Source: Polyangiaceae bacterium (GTDB lineage: Bacteria > Myxococcota_A > Polyangia > Polyangiales > Polyangiaceae). From it: a DNA stretch of 64,000 bases. The notes beneath the pieces are model-generated. The model was not told the origin of the DNA. It saw nothing but the letters and a program-made list of their open reading frames with translations, and did not search any database. The position numbers were made by a program, and so were the translations under genes. Below, one piece after another: positions 37,673-48,750 of the stretch (its first letter is position 1; every line of letters starts with the position of its first letter). The stretch covers positions 96,715-160,714 of the forward strand of contig JABSRN010000006.1 in the NCBI GenBank assembly GCA_013214025.1. Reading direction: 5' to 3'.

Positions 37673-38152
37673 AGAGACCACCACGGCGCCTGGTCCGGTT
37701 TCGGAGACCATTTCGGCCCCCTGGGCGTCCGGATCTCAAGTTTCTTCAAAAATGCTGCACATTTGATGACTGAAACCCTTGCCCACCGCAGCAGCATCCG
37801 CTAATCGTCTCCGCCCAATATGTCGAACCGAGCACTCTGGAACATCCGCCTACGTCACGTCTGGCTCTCAACGCCCCTAAAGCGCAAGCGCATGAAACGC
37901 CGCGACCGCCTTCGCTGCGCGCTCCAGGATGCCCTGGACCGCAAGGCTACCAAGGCCGGCGACCAGTCCGCCGACGCCAGCTGAGCTAGGCCAGGCACGG
38001 CGCGCCGAGCGCACTACCGACGAGTCTGTACGCCGCAACGACTCTCGCCATACCGGTCGCCTACTCTGGCGAGTCGCCCTTGCCCTCGCTGGAATTCCGG
38101 CGGGGGCGTAGTTAGTTGTGCTAGCCGGCCGAGAGCTGGTACTTGAACGGTC

Positions 38153-38656
38153 GTGCGCCACCTCAAAGTCTGCTGGCTAATTCCCTGCCTCACACTCGGC
38201 TGTTTCGGCGACGGCGACGCTCGCATCCCCGGCGAACTGCTCGGCACCTTCACCGCCGAAGCCGTCACCCAAGAAAATGGCTGTGGCCCCCAGCCCTTCG
38301 ATGCCGCCGACAACCCGGTGTTCGAAATTCAACTGAGTGAGGACGCCCCAAAATTGTATTGGATCACGTCATCATCGGCGCCGACGACCGGCACCCTTGC
38401 TGAAGACGGTTCCTTTTCCTTCGAGACGGTTTCCCGGCACACCCCCGCCGAAGGATGCGTCATTGATCGCGGGGATGCGTTTATCGGGGCCTTCGCCGAC
38501 GGCGACATGCACAGCGGAGCCCTCGACGGTGTGTTGACCTACTCCTACGCGCTAGCCGAACAGTCCGATTGTTCCGCACTGATCGGCGAAGTGGGTGGAG
38601 TTTCAGAGCTTCCCTGCAGTATCAGTTACTCGGTATCCGCGACGACTCAAGAGTAG
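38153..38656 (+). CDS. Lipoprotein, unknown function
   Basis: MRHLKVCWLIPCLTLGC is a signal peptide with a lipobox. The start is GTG. Confidence 0.55.
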   Translation: MRHLKVCWLIPCLTLGCFGDGDARIPGELLGTFTAEAVTQENGCGPQPFDAADNPVFEIQLSEDAPKLYWITSSSAPTTGTLAEDGSFSFETVSRHTPAEGCVIDRGDAFIGAFADGDMHSGALDGVLTYSYALAEQSDCSALIGEVGGVSELPCSISYSVSATTQE

Positions 38657-38907
38657 GCACCGGTCGGCCGGTTCACCTTCGCTGCGGGGCGCCGTGATAC
38701 TCTTGAGCTTCACGTGCAGGTTGGGGGCTTCCCCTCGGGGCGCGCCGAATGAATGCAGGCAATCGAACGACTCGATAGATCCGCTTGTCGATCTCTAGCG
38801 CTACCGGGTCTCCGGGTGACCCCCTGGATCGCCTGTCGACGACGCACGTTGCGTCCAAGGCAGTAACTGCCGCTTCGGATTTCCGATGTAGGGGCTTTCA
38901 ACGGTGC

Positions 38908-38933
38908 GGCGGGGTGCCCTCGGGTACCCCGCC
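38908..38933. other. Very stable GC-rich hairpin in a 440-nt intergenic region
   Basis: GGCGGGGTGCC-CTCG-GGTACCCCGCC forms about 11 pairs including one G-T. It is followed on the + strand by a moderately T-containing stretch, CGCTCTATCTTGT. Confidence 0.5.
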
Positions 38934-39093
38934 CGCTCTATCTTGTGCGACGTCTCCCCAGTTCTGTGGCGCCTCGCGGAGTGGTCTCGACATCTAGCTC
39001 GCCCCCGTGATGTAACGGGAATTGCCGTTCTGGGTTCCCCTGAGGCGCTCTAGCCGCTAGCTTCGCCGCGCCGACCGGCAGGAAGACTCGCCC

Positions 39094-40803
39094 TTGGCTG
39101 TTACAGAATTAATCGAAGCATTCTCCGCGCTCCAACTCGGGGCTGGTAGTCCTCTAGATTTCCTGTTCGAACCCTGGTCGTTCCACTTCGGCAAAGGCGA
39201 TATCTTCGCCAAGAACCGGTGGAACAGCATCATGAACGGCGCCAAAATCGGCACAGCGTTTGTCGCCGCCGGTTTCTTGCTTCTGGAGATCCGTGCGCGC
39301 CGTCTCGGTTCGCCAATCCCCAAGGTTTGGGCGAAACGGATCTACTTGGCCCTAGTCGTATTCTCGACCTGGCTTTACTTCGACGGTTTCAACCCCAACG
39401 TCCGGTACGTCAACTACTACCACCGCCACGAGCTGTTTCACTACTACCTGGGCAGCAAGTACTTCAAAGAAGTCGGGTACCCCCGGCTCTACGAATGTGC
39501 AGCGGTCGCAGAAACAGAACTCGTCGGCAAGAACCGCATGAAGGATCGCGAAATTCGCGACCTCGGCGTCAACCTCGTCAAGCCGATGTCGAAGACGTAC
39601 ATCTTCGACATCCCAGAGAATTGCAAAGATCACTTTTCCGGCGAACGGTGGGACGCCTTCAAGGCAGACGTCAAATGGATCGAGCAAAGCGCGCGAGGTC
39701 AATACTGGAAGGACATGTTCAAGGACCACGGCTACAACCCGCCCCCGGTCTGGACGATGACCGGACATCTGCTGAGCAGTATCGATGTAGCGTCGGACAG
39801 CTTCTTCAAGAAACTCGCCCTGCTCGACGTGATCTTGCACATAGGCGTAATTTCCATGCTGGGTTGGGCCTTCGGCTTCCGCGCAATGATGATCGGCGCC
39901 GTGTTTTGGGGGTGCAACGCGCCCGCCAACTTCTATTGGACTGGCGGCGCCTTCATGCGCATGGACTGGATCTTCCTTCTGGTCAGCGCCACAGCTTTCG
40001 CCAAGAAGCGATACTTCGCCCTCGCCGGAGCTGCCCTCGCCTGGTCCGCACTGCTGCGGGTGTTTCCAGCGATCTTATTCGGTGGTTGGGTCGCAATGGG
40101 AGCTTGCTTCTGGCTCAAACATCGCCGCGCGATGCCCGAGCTCAAGCGGGCTCTTGGCGGCGTCATCGTCGCTGTCGGAATTCTCGTACCCGCCAGCATG
40201 GCGGTCTGCGGCCCGGACTCTTACGCCCAATTCAAGCACCACATCTCGACCCACAAGAGCACACCGCTGACGAACCACATGGGTCTAGAAACCATCCTGA
40301 CCCACAACTGGGAGGGGCGGATGCGATTTTCCCGGGACGATCGCTTGGACGACGGCTTTCAGCCTTGGAAGGATGGACGCACCCAACGCAAGGAGGAGCG
40401 CCGCCCGCTCTTCTATCTGGTCTGGGCGCTCACCGCGGGTTGGATCGGCTGGGCGCTGCGGCGTACGCGATTGATTTGGATTGCGATCCCCATGGGGGTG
40501 CCCATGGTCATCGCCCTGCTCAATCTGACTTGTTATTACTATTCGGTATTCATCCCCATCGCGGCACTGGCGACAGTGCGCCGGAGCCTCGGGCCGGCAT
40601 TGCTGACCACCGCCGGAGCGAGCCAGGTACTGTTGGGTCCGCCCAATTGGTCAACGTTCTATTGGATCGACGACCGCTACACCGCGCTCAGTTACCTCTT
40701 CTGGCTCATGGCGTTACTGACGCTGTACGCCTATTCGCGGCCGCTCACTCCCGAGCGATTACGCGCCTGGTGGGCTGGGCGAGCTGAGCCAAGAGCGAAC
40801 TAA
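39094..40803 (+). CDS. Large polytopic membrane protein, unknown function (possibly GT-C-like)
   Basis: This 569-aa protein has many TM helices and aromatic-rich loops (YYHRHELFHYYLGSKYF, DHGYNPPPVW). The overlapping 522-aa ORF in another frame is Arg-rich and I rejected it. Confidence 0.55.
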   Translation: MAVTELIEAFSALQLGAGSPLDFLFEPWSFHFGKGDIFAKNRWNSIMNGAKIGTAFVAAGFLLLEIRARRLGSPIPKVWAKRIYLALVVFSTWLYFDGFNPNVRYVNYYHRHELFHYYLGSKYFKEVGYPRLYECAAVAETELVGKNRMKDREIRDLGVNLVKPMSKTYIFDIPENCKDHFSGERWDAFKADVKWIEQSARGQYWKDMFKDHGYNPPPVWTMTGHLLSSIDVASDSFFKKLALLDVILHIGVISMLGWAFGFRAMMIGAVFWGCNAPANFYWTGGAFMRMDWIFLLVSATAFAKKRYFALAGAALAWSALLRVFPAILFGGWVAMGACFWLKHRRAMPELKRALGGVIVAVGILVPASMAVCGPDSYAQFKHHISTHKSTPLTNHMGLETILTHNWEGRMRFSRDDRLDDGFQPWKDGRTQRKEERRPLFYLVWALTAGWIGWALRRTRLIWIAIPMGVPMVIALLNLTCYYYSVFIPIAALATVRRSLGPALLTTAGASQVLLGPPNWSTFYWIDDRYTALSYLFWLMALLTLYAYSRPLTPERLRAWWAGRAEPRAN

Positions 40804-40880
40804 GCACCCGCACAAGTCGGACCCTGCGTGTTGACGCCGCTCCCCCCCAGAAGTGGGCCGGGGTCAGTATCTACTGCCGC

Positions 40881-41528
40881 TCAAAGATGAGAGTTCAGGC
40901 CACTCAGCGCGGTTCCCAGACCCTGTTCCAACACACTCAACAGGATATCAACGTGGCCGCTGTCCGTTTGAACGCCTTTCACCGTTACGAAGGGCGTGAT
41001 CATGCCGATGATCGCCAAGGCTTTGGGGTTTTTAGCGATAGCGGGATGTTTCATCAGATCAATCACGATGGCGTCGCCTTCGGCATCAATCACCATCGGC
41101 GGGCGCTTGCTCAAGAACTTCAAGAGATCCCCCGGGCGGCTGAGATCCAGTGAACCTGACTCCAACAGGGCCTTGAGGGGCGAATCCGAATGCTTCGGGA
41201 GCTCAACAGACACATCCGTCAATCGGAACGCGAAACGCAGCTCGGAACTGTTCAAAGAAACCTCGTCCACGAACAGCGTCACGCCGGCTCGCGCGGGTGT
41301 CCCCTTAATGTCCACCGTGCACGCCACACGGACTCCTGGCGGAACCGCTTCCACCACAATATCGCTGGGGGCCTTTTTACCCTTCACTTGCGCCGCCAAC
41401 CAACGCAGCGCGGCGAGCGGCACGCCAATTCGGAGCTTGGTTACGTTCTTCGCGGCGTGGAGCAACGCTTCGGGGTTACGCGCAAGATAACTGACAGCTC
41501 CTTCGAGCGCTTGTCGGGGACGAATCAT
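40881..41528 (-). CDS. Hypothetical protein
   Basis: I chose the internal ATG (MIRPRQALEG..) because the longer ORF would overlap the divergent lat gene. I recognised no motif. Confidence 0.45.
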   Translation of the reverse strand: MIRPRQALEGAVSYLARNPEALLHAAKNVTKLRIGVPLAALRWLAAQVKGKKAPSDIVVEAVPPGVRVACTVDIKGTPARAGVTLFVDEVSLNSSELRFAFRLTDVSVELPKHSDSPLKALLESGSLDLSRPGDLLKFLSKRPPMVIDAEGDAIVIDLMKHPAIAKNPKALAIIGMITPFVTVKGVQTDSGHVDILLSVLEQGLGTALSGLNSHL

Positions 41529-41712
41529 TGACCCCACGATAGTCCGAAGTCCGCGAAACTGGGGGCCGATTTGGGTCCCGGGCGCTACCGAAGCAAGGAT
41601 CCCGGGGCGGAGAAGTAGGTTTCTGCGGTAGCAACAACCCACCGACGCTACGCGCCGCATCAGCCCGCGAGGGCCTCTCAGCAGCGACCGAGGGAAAAAC
41701 GAGCTAAACTCG

Positions 41713-43200
41713 TTGATGGCCTCAGTTCTCCCCTCCGCCCCGGCGCCCAGCAGTCGCCCACCTGCGTCTATCGGTCCGCGCCACATTGCCGCCGCCGACG
41801 TGCACGAGTCGCTCAACGAACACCTTTTGGTCGACGGCTACCCGCTGGTCGTCGACCTCGACAAGAGCCACGGCTCGTATCTCTACGATGCCAAGTCCGG
41901 GCACGAGTACCTCGACTTTTTCACATTCTTTTCCTCGAACCCCATCGGCTTCAACCACCCCCGCATGCATTCTGCGGATTTTTCACAACGCTTGCTGAGA
42001 GCCGCTCGGACCCGGGTTTCGAATTCGGATGTGTACACGAGCCTGATGGCAGAATTTGTCACCACTTTGGAGCGGACCGCCGGACTGCCTGAACTGCCGT
42101 ACTATTTTTTCGTGGATGGCGGCGCCCTAGCGGTCGAAAACGCGATGAAAGCCGCCTTCGACTGGAAGCGCCGAAAAAACATTGCGGCGGGTCGCTCGGC
42201 CCTCGGCGAAAAGATCCTGCACTTCGAACACGCATTCCATGGGCGCTCTGGCTACACCTTGAGCGTCACCAATACAGATCCCGTCAAGACAGACTACTTT
42301 CCGCAGTTCATTTGGCCGCGGGTACCCAGCCCTGCCATCAGCTTCCCCTTCCGCGCCCATCAAGACGAAGTTCTCGCTCGGGAAGCCGCATGCCTGACGG
42401 CCATCGAGGACGAATTTGACCGAGGGCGTAACGAAATCGCTGGCATCCTGATCGAACCTATTCAGAGCGAAGGCGGGGACCGTCACTTCCGTTCCGAATT
42501 CCTCGCAGAACTTCGGAAACTGGCCGACACCCGTGAAGCACTGCTGATATTCGACGAGGTTCAGACGGGACTGGGCTCGACCGGTCGATGGTGGGCCAGC
42601 CAGTACCATGGCGTCACGCCGGACCTTCTCTGTTTCGCCAAGAAACTACAAGTCGGGGGGCTCTTTGCGTCTCGCCGTTTGGACGACGTCGAAGACCATG
42701 TGTTCGCAAAGTCCGGCCGCATCAACAGCACCTGGGGCGGCTCTCTCACTGACATGGTGCGAGCTACCCAAATCCTTCGAATCATCGAAGACGAGGCTCT
42801 GTTGAACAACGCTCGTCAACGTGGACACGAACTTCACGTAGGCCTCCAGGCCCTCGAACTCAGATGGCCGGACCACTTAAGCAACGCGCGCGGCGCAGGA
42901 CTGATCTGCGCGATCGACCTGCGGACGCCAGCTTTACGAGACGCGGTCATCGCTGCCGCCATGGCCGAACACATGTTGGTCCTAGCGTGCGGTACCACCT
43001 CGCTCCGCTTCCGCCCAGCTCTAAACGTGAGTTGCGTCGCTATCGCAGAAGGGCTCGGACGGCTCGAAGCGGCGCTACTCCGGACCTTGGGTCGGCCGGA
43101 ACCCAAGATCACCAATGCCCGGGGTGGAACACCCGCCGGTCCTCGCCGAGCCAGCGATGGAAACGTGCGCAACTTGCGTGGAAGACGCTCCCGCCGCTAA
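41713..43200 (+). CDS. lat: Class III aminotransferase, L-lysine 6-transaminase-like
   Basis: It has ..LLVDGYPLVVDLDKSHGSYLYDAKSGHEYLDFFTFFSSNPIGFNHP.., ..FDEVQTGLGSTG.., ..FAKKLQVGG.. It also has an Arg-rich C-terminal extension. Confidence 0.65.
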   Translation: MMASVLPSAPAPSSRPPASIGPRHIAAADVHESLNEHLLVDGYPLVVDLDKSHGSYLYDAKSGHEYLDFFTFFSSNPIGFNHPRMHSADFSQRLLRAARTRVSNSDVYTSLMAEFVTTLERTAGLPELPYYFFVDGGALAVENAMKAAFDWKRRKNIAAGRSALGEKILHFEHAFHGRSGYTLSVTNTDPVKTDYFPQFIWPRVPSPAISFPFRAHQDEVLAREAACLTAIEDEFDRGRNEIAGILIEPIQSEGGDRHFRSEFLAELRKLADTREALLIFDEVQTGLGSTGRWWASQYHGVTPDLLCFAKKLQVGGLFASRRLDDVEDHVFAKSGRINSTWGGSLTDMVRATQILRIIEDEALLNNARQRGHELHVGLQALELRWPDHLSNARGAGLICAIDLRTPALRDAVIAAAMAEHMLVLACGTTSLRFRPALNVSCVAIAEGLGRLEAALLRTLGRPEPKITNARGGTPAGPRRASDGNVRNLRGRRSRR

Positions 43201-43276
43201 ATCTCTAGCGGCGGAGGGACCTCCTAGCGAACCGGGTGCGCTGTCCACGAAAAGATGCTAGTTCGGCTCGATCCCC

Positions 43277-45667
43277 GTGCCAGACCCTCGTGTGAACCCG
43301 CCGTCCGATCCTCCTACTTTGGAGCCTGAGCTCCAGTCCGTCCTGGAACAGGAAGAAGAGTGCCTGCAACGGGTGCTGACCCACGACATCGAGCGCCGTG
43401 GCCGCGAAGACGATCGCCGAGAAGTCGACTACGACACACAGCTGCTCGACCTGCGCGACGAAATCGCCGCATCGCGCGCCGAAGATGCACCGCCGCTGCT
43501 CGAGCAGATGGAGCGCCTCCAGGCCATCGCCACACAACAACGAAAGTTCACCAAGGGAACCATCGATCCTCGATGCCCCTACTTTGGGCGCATGGTCTTG
43601 ACGGAAGAGGATCGGAAACGAGAGGTCCTAGTGGGGCGCTCGACCTATCTCGACACCAAGAGTGACATTCGAATCGTCGACTGGCGCGACGCGCCCGTGA
43701 GCCGCCTCTTTTACCGCTACCGCGAAGGCGACGAATACGAAGAGGAGTTCGGTGGACGAGACGTGGATGGTGTCGTGACCGTTCGCCGCAGCGTATCCAT
43801 CGTCGACCAGGAGCTGCGCCGCGTGGTCTCCCCTCAGGGCACGCTCATTCGGGACCGCAGCAATACATGGCGTGCTGGCGGCAATAATCTCAAATTGAAA
43901 GGCGGCGAAGGCACGGCAGCCCGCGCCGACAGCCTGCGCAAACCCGGCAAGCTCGGCGTCGGCGAGTCCGGGGATATCAGCGATGACAAACACCTCAAAG
44001 AGATCACCGCGCTCATCGACCCCAAACAATTCGATGTGATCACTCAGCCCGACTCGGGCCTCGTGGTAATTCAGGGCGGCGCCGGGAGCGGCAAGACAAC
44101 CATCGGTCTCCATCGTCTCGCCTACCTCGCCTATCGAGATCCCCGCCGTTTTCGACCGGACCGCATGCTCATCGTCGTCTTCAATGACGCACTGGCGCGC
44201 TACATCTCGCAAATCCTTCCAGCTTTGGACGTGGAAGGCGTCGCCGTCACCACCTACGAAAGCCTCGCGGCCGAACAACGCAAGAACCAACTCCCGGAAC
44301 TCCCCAAGGGCTACTCCGACGAAACGCCGCCGGCTGTGACCCGGGTCAAAAAACATCCTGCCCTGCTCCGCGCCTTGGACAACTACGTCAGCGCACTGGA
44401 ATTGGAATTTGAGGGGCGCGTCGCAGGGGTTCTCGAAGGTGACGATCCGGCCGCGCTGGATGCCGCACGCGGCACCTGGCAACACGGCGAAGGTCGCCCC
44501 ACCGTTCACCGCCTCAATGCCTTCAACCGCTGGCTATCGGATCGGCCGCGGGAAGTGTCTCGTAAACAACGCACCTCCCTCCACCGCGAAGTCGGGCTCT
44601 TCCTCGAGCGAGCGAAAGATGTCGTCGGCGCCTGGGCAGAGGTGCTCGGCAACGGGCCCGAACTCGCCAAGGTGTTCGAGCAGCATTCGCCCGGCGAGCT
44701 CACCGAACAACAACTGAGCCGTGCCCACACCTGGTGCACGAACCGCTGCGCGCTCATCCTCAACAAACTCGAGGAAGACGCCGAACCCGCGTCCCCCGAC
44801 GACGAGGGCGACGAGACCGAATTCGTTGACGGCGTCGCAGCCGAAGTCATTCGTCTGGACACAGAGGATGACAGCCTGTTGTTGCGCCTCTGGCAAAAGC
44901 TCCGGGGACCGATGATGAAGCCGCGGAAACGCGAGGCTATCATTTACGAACATGTACTGATCGATGAAGCCCAAGATCTGAGCCCCATCGAACTGGCTGT
45001 TGTCATGGGCATGGTGAGCCGAGCCCAGAGTGTGACCCTCGCGGGAGACGTCGCCCAGCGGCTCCACATGGACAATGGCTTCACCGGCTGGACGAATCTG
45101 CTCGGCGAACTGGGACTAGACCACACAGAAGTGGCGCCTCTGAAGGTGAGCTATCGTTCCACGGCGGAAATTATCGAATTTTCTCGCGAAGTCCTCGGCG
45201 ATCTAGCGCCAGAAGAAGAGCCCGAAGCCATTCGTAACGGCGCGCCCGTCGAACTGTTTCGCTTCGCCCACATTGGGGACGCCGCGGGGTTCCTCGCCGA
45301 AGCGCTGAGCGAACTGATTCAAAATGAACCCCGCGCCTCCGTGGCGGTGATCGCTCGCCACCCCGAGCAGGCCGACATGATTTACGACGGATTGCAAAAG
45401 GCCGAGACGCCCAATTTGCGCCGCGTCGCAGATCAAGACTTCCTCTTCCGCCCAGGCATCGATGTGACCGATGTCCGCCAGGTTAAGGGACTGGAATTCG
45501 ACTACGTCGTGGTTGTCGAATGCTCAGACTCCAGCTTTCCCACCGACGCCGCTTCCCGTCACCTGCTGCATATCGCGGCAACGCGGGCAGCGCACCAGCT
45601 GTGGCTCGTCACCAGCTCGAAGCCGAGCCAATTGCTGCCCCAGTCTCTTCGAGACCGAGGATTCTAG
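43277..45667 (+). CDS. UvrD/Rep-superfamily helicase, HelD (helicase IV)-like
   Basis: It has Walker A VIQGGAGSGKTT, motif II HVLIDEAQD, and ..VSYRST.., ..VKGLEFDYVVV.. The long N-terminal domain is typical of HelD. Confidence 0.75.
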   Translation: MPDPRVNPPSDPPTLEPELQSVLEQEEECLQRVLTHDIERRGREDDRREVDYDTQLLDLRDEIAASRAEDAPPLLEQMERLQAIATQQRKFTKGTIDPRCPYFGRMVLTEEDRKREVLVGRSTYLDTKSDIRIVDWRDAPVSRLFYRYREGDEYEEEFGGRDVDGVVTVRRSVSIVDQELRRVVSPQGTLIRDRSNTWRAGGNNLKLKGGEGTAARADSLRKPGKLGVGESGDISDDKHLKEITALIDPKQFDVITQPDSGLVVIQGGAGSGKTTIGLHRLAYLAYRDPRRFRPDRMLIVVFNDALARYISQILPALDVEGVAVTTYESLAAEQRKNQLPELPKGYSDETPPAVTRVKKHPALLRALDNYVSALELEFEGRVAGVLEGDDPAALDAARGTWQHGEGRPTVHRLNAFNRWLSDRPREVSRKQRTSLHREVGLFLERAKDVVGAWAEVLGNGPELAKVFEQHSPGELTEQQLSRAHTWCTNRCALILNKLEEDAEPASPDDEGDETEFVDGVAAEVIRLDTEDDSLLLRLWQKLRGPMMKPRKREAIIYEHVLIDEAQDLSPIELAVVMGMVSRAQSVTLAGDVAQRLHMDNGFTGWTNLLGELGLDHTEVAPLKVSYRSTAEIIEFSREVLGDLAPEEEPEAIRNGAPVELFRFAHIGDAAGFLAEALSELIQNEPRASVAVIARHPEQADMIYDGLQKAETPNLRRVADQDFLFRPGIDVTDVRQVKGLEFDYVVVVECSDSSFPTDAASRHLLHIAATRAAHQLWLVTSSKPSQLLPQSLRDRGF

Positions 45668-45723
45668 CTCTTCGAGACCGACGCTCTGCGGCCTCGGGAA
45701 CTGAGCGAATGCGCTGAGGACGT

Positions 45724-46602
45724 CTAGGACGGCGCCATCTGCAGCTGACGCTTACCCAGCTCGCCGAGCCGCATGTGCATACGGTGGTCGATCCCTACCA
45801 CCTCGCCCTCGGCCAACTTGAACCACACATTCTCACCGGACAACTCTTCGCTAGATACCAGCAGGTGATTCACAAATCCAGTCGCGCTAGGCGCCTCACA
45901 TTCCGGAGACAGGCTCGGGCACACATCGCGGTCCGGGCAGCGGTGCTTGTGACTGGACCACAGGAGCTCTTTACCGCCATGGACCGCAGCCATCAATTGG
46001 CCGTCGGTGATCATCATGGTTAGCAGCGAGCGTTCCTTGTCGCCCAAAGTCTGCCCCTCTGGGCAGGGTGGGTCACAGACACGACGCACAATCTGTGCGG
46101 TGGCGTCGATGGCGGCGAACACGTCCGCCAGCTCATGAGGCCGACCGAGCGGGCCAAAACGTTCCAACTGAGTCAACAGAAGATAGAAAATGCACTCGCT
46201 ATCGGTGTCCCCCAAGATGTATCGGCGCAACCGAGGAGCCAGCTCCGCCAACAACAATTCACGCTTCTTGGCGAAACCAGGGATGTCGCCGTTGTGCGCG
46301 AACACCCAGCGGCCGTATTGAAACGGGTGACAGTTGAGCACCGAATTGGTTCCCTGGGTGGCCTTGCGGACATGGGCTACAACGGTTTCGCTAGCCACCA
46401 CCCCGCTCAACCGATGAAACAGCTGATCTCCGAGCGCCGTGGCCGGGCTGCGGGTTAAGTGAGGCGCGCCATCCACGTAGTACGCAACGCCCCAACCGTC
46501 CGGGTGGTCATTGCTCTGGGTCCCCAGCGCATTGTCCGCTGCTAACAGCGAACGGTGCACTTGACTCTGAATGACGCTACGAAAACCAAATAATCGACAC
46601 AT
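45724..46602 (-). CDS. Class II (Ntn) glutamine amidotransferase, YafJ-like
   Basis: It has the N-terminal MCRLFGF nucleophile Cys, plus ..HPDGWGVAYY.., ..HVRKAT.., ..NCHPF.. Confidence 0.75.
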   Translation of the reverse strand: MCRLFGFRSVIQSQVHRSLLAADNALGTQSNDHPDGWGVAYYVDGAPHLTRSPATALGDQLFHRLSGVVASETVVAHVRKATQGTNSVLNCHPFQYGRWVFAHNGDIPGFAKKRELLLAELAPRLRRYILGDTDSECIFYLLLTQLERFGPLGRPHELADVFAAIDATAQIVRRVCDPPCPEGQTLGDKERSLLTMMITDGQLMAAVHGGKELLWSSHKHRCPDRDVCPSLSPECEAPSATGFVNHLLVSSEELSGENVWFKLAEGEVVGIDHRMHMRLGELGKRQLQMAPS

Positions 46603-46703
46603 AAATTATACGGGGAGCGGGCATCGGTAGTGATAGGAGCCCCCATGCCTGGCGTAAAGCGCGGCCGGAATATCTGATTATTCTAGGGCTACGGCGACAC
46701 TTC

Positions 46704-48750
46704 ATGGCGGCGAGACCCCTCAGTGGTGCCTCGCCACCACGCCAGACGGGGAGAAGCCGACGGCCCTGCCCCAGAACTAAGCCGCGGCGTCCCCCGGAGC
46801 TACACCACTTCACCATGCGAAAACGGGGCGTCATCGTGGACACCGCCCACGACGGCGAAGAGGCTTGGACCCTCGCGCGGAACTATCCCTATGCGGTACT
46901 TGCCGCCGATCTCCTGATGCCGGGACTCGACGGGCTCCGCTTGATCGAAAAAGTAACCGTTCTGCATCGCCGGCCCTCTTGCGTGCTGATTACCGGAGCG
47001 GCCCGAGACCGTGTCGACCCCCAAGGCAGTCGGAAGCCTGGATGTCGTCAACGTCATCAGTAAACCGTGGGACAACAACCAGCTCGAAACGGTGCTGTCG
47101 GACGCTATCGAAGAATACCAATCTCGCAGTGACGCCGAACGCATCTCCCTGCTGTCGCCAATCACGGAGGTCGGTCCCGCCATCTTGATTGTCAACGCGG
47201 AACAAGACTCACGAGCCCACCAACGCTCACTTTTGGCGACCGTCGAAGGCGCCGCCTACACTTGCCGCTCAGCCGACTCAATTGCTCAAGCAATTGAGTC
47301 GATTGAGGCAGACTCCTACGATGCCATACTCATCGATCCCCAGCTAGCCGATGCGAGGGGTTACCACGCCATCGCCAGCGTGCATGCAGCCGCTTCCGAT
47401 ATTCCGCTGATCGCCATCGGTGCCAGCGATGATGACGAGTTCGCCGTCAGCGTCGTACAAGCGCGCGCTCAGGACTATATCCCCAGATTCGTCCTGAGCG
47501 CGCCAGCGCTGCACCGCGCGATCGGCTACGCCATCGAACGAAAGAGAACCGAGCAAAAGCTCACTCATTTGGCTCACCACGATCCGCTGACGCAGCTAGC
47601 CAACCGTTCCTTGCTCGACGAGCGCTTGGAGCAAGCGCTGATTCGCGCCCGACGTCGAAACTCGATGGTCGCCGTATTTTATCTCGACCTCGACCGTTTC
47701 AAGAGCATCAACGACACCCTTGGACACCATTGCGGCGACACTCTACTGGCGGACGTCGCCCGCCGACTCGTTGGCAGCGTCCGGGAGTCAGACACAGTGG
47801 CGGGCTTGGGGGGCGACGAATTCGCCATCTTGCTCGAAGAGCTGCACGGAGCGAACGAAGCCACTCGCTTGGCCCAACGAGTGCTGAATTCCTTCGCGAC
47901 TCCGTTCCGACTCAGAGGTCAGGGCATCAACGCCACCACCAGCATCGGCATCGCCGTCTATCCAGAAAACGGAGAGACCCCAACGGCACTCCTCAAGAGT
48001 GCCGTTTCGGCGATGTATCGTGCCAAGGAAATCGGGCGAAACAACTATCAGTATTTCAGCAACGAACTGCATCAGAAAGCGGTCCGGCGATTCGAGCTAG
48101 AAACGTCCCTGGGCAACGCCATAAAAAAGCGTCAGTTCACACTGTACCTGCAGCCACAGCTGGGGCTGCAGGTCGGCAACATCGAATGTGTAGAAGCCCT
48201 CCTTCGATGGCGTCGAGATGACGGCTCTGTCTATTACCCAGACGAGTTCCTAGAAATACTGGATGAGACCGGCATCTCCGCGGAGGTCGGCTACTGGACC
48301 GTCGAGCAGGCGTCTCTGCTCTGGCCTCGACTCGTCGACGAATTCGGGGCGGCACCTCGCATCGCCATCAATATCAGCCCCCGACTACTCGATGATCCTC
48401 ACTTTGCGACGAGCGTGAACGCCATCTTCGACAAACACGATGTGAAGGGCTCCAACTTTGAGTTCGAGGTCTCGGAAAAATCCGTGATGGCCGATCCCGA
48501 ACGCGTGAGCGAAATGTTGACACACCTCAGCCAACTAGGAATCGTGCTCACGATCGACAACTTCGGGACGAGTTATTCTTCGGTGTCCTACCTGCCACGC
48601 TTCCCTGTCCAGCGTCTAAAACTGGACAGCTCGTTGATGGCAGACGTCGAACACGACTCGGACGCTCGTGCGATGGCAGCCGCCCTCCTCGGCGACGACC
48701 AGCAACTTCGCTTTGCCGTCGAGCATGGCTGCGCGAGTGCCCAGGGCTAG
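46704..48750 (+). pseudogene. REC - REC-like - GGDEF - EAL signalling protein, decayed
   Basis: The first receiver lacks beta1 and the acidic pocket in frame. A frameshift at about 46998..47010 joins ..CVLITGAA to ..ETVSTPKAVGSLDVVNVISKPWD. The GGDEF motif is intact (GLGGDEFAI). The EAL domain has EALLRW but IDNFG instead of DDFG, and lacks the segment where AEGVE is expected. TAG 48748..48750 replaces the Tyr of ..AQG-Y-LIRRP, and the frame then continues to TAG 48895..48897. Confidence 0.6.

Noticed and set aside
37820-37984. A 54-codon basic ORF (MSNRALWNIRLRH...) and the antisense ORF 37877..38161 in the gap after the mrp cluster.
   Set aside because: There is no RBS and no recognisable motif, and the composition is compatible with chance in GC-rich DNA. 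I left the region as intergenic.
39219-40787. A 522-aa ORF overlapping the membrane-protein gene in another frame.
   Set aside because: It is extremely Arg/Pro/Gly-rich and has no hydrophobic segments. This is typical of an off-frame read of a GC-rich gene. The 39094..40803 frame gives coherent TM helices.
45724-46602. The class II amidotransferase might be EgtC of the ergothioneine pathway.
   Set aside because: It lies 25 kb from egtBD on the opposite strand with unrelated neighbours. YafJ-type amidotransferases are common, so the link is not supportable.
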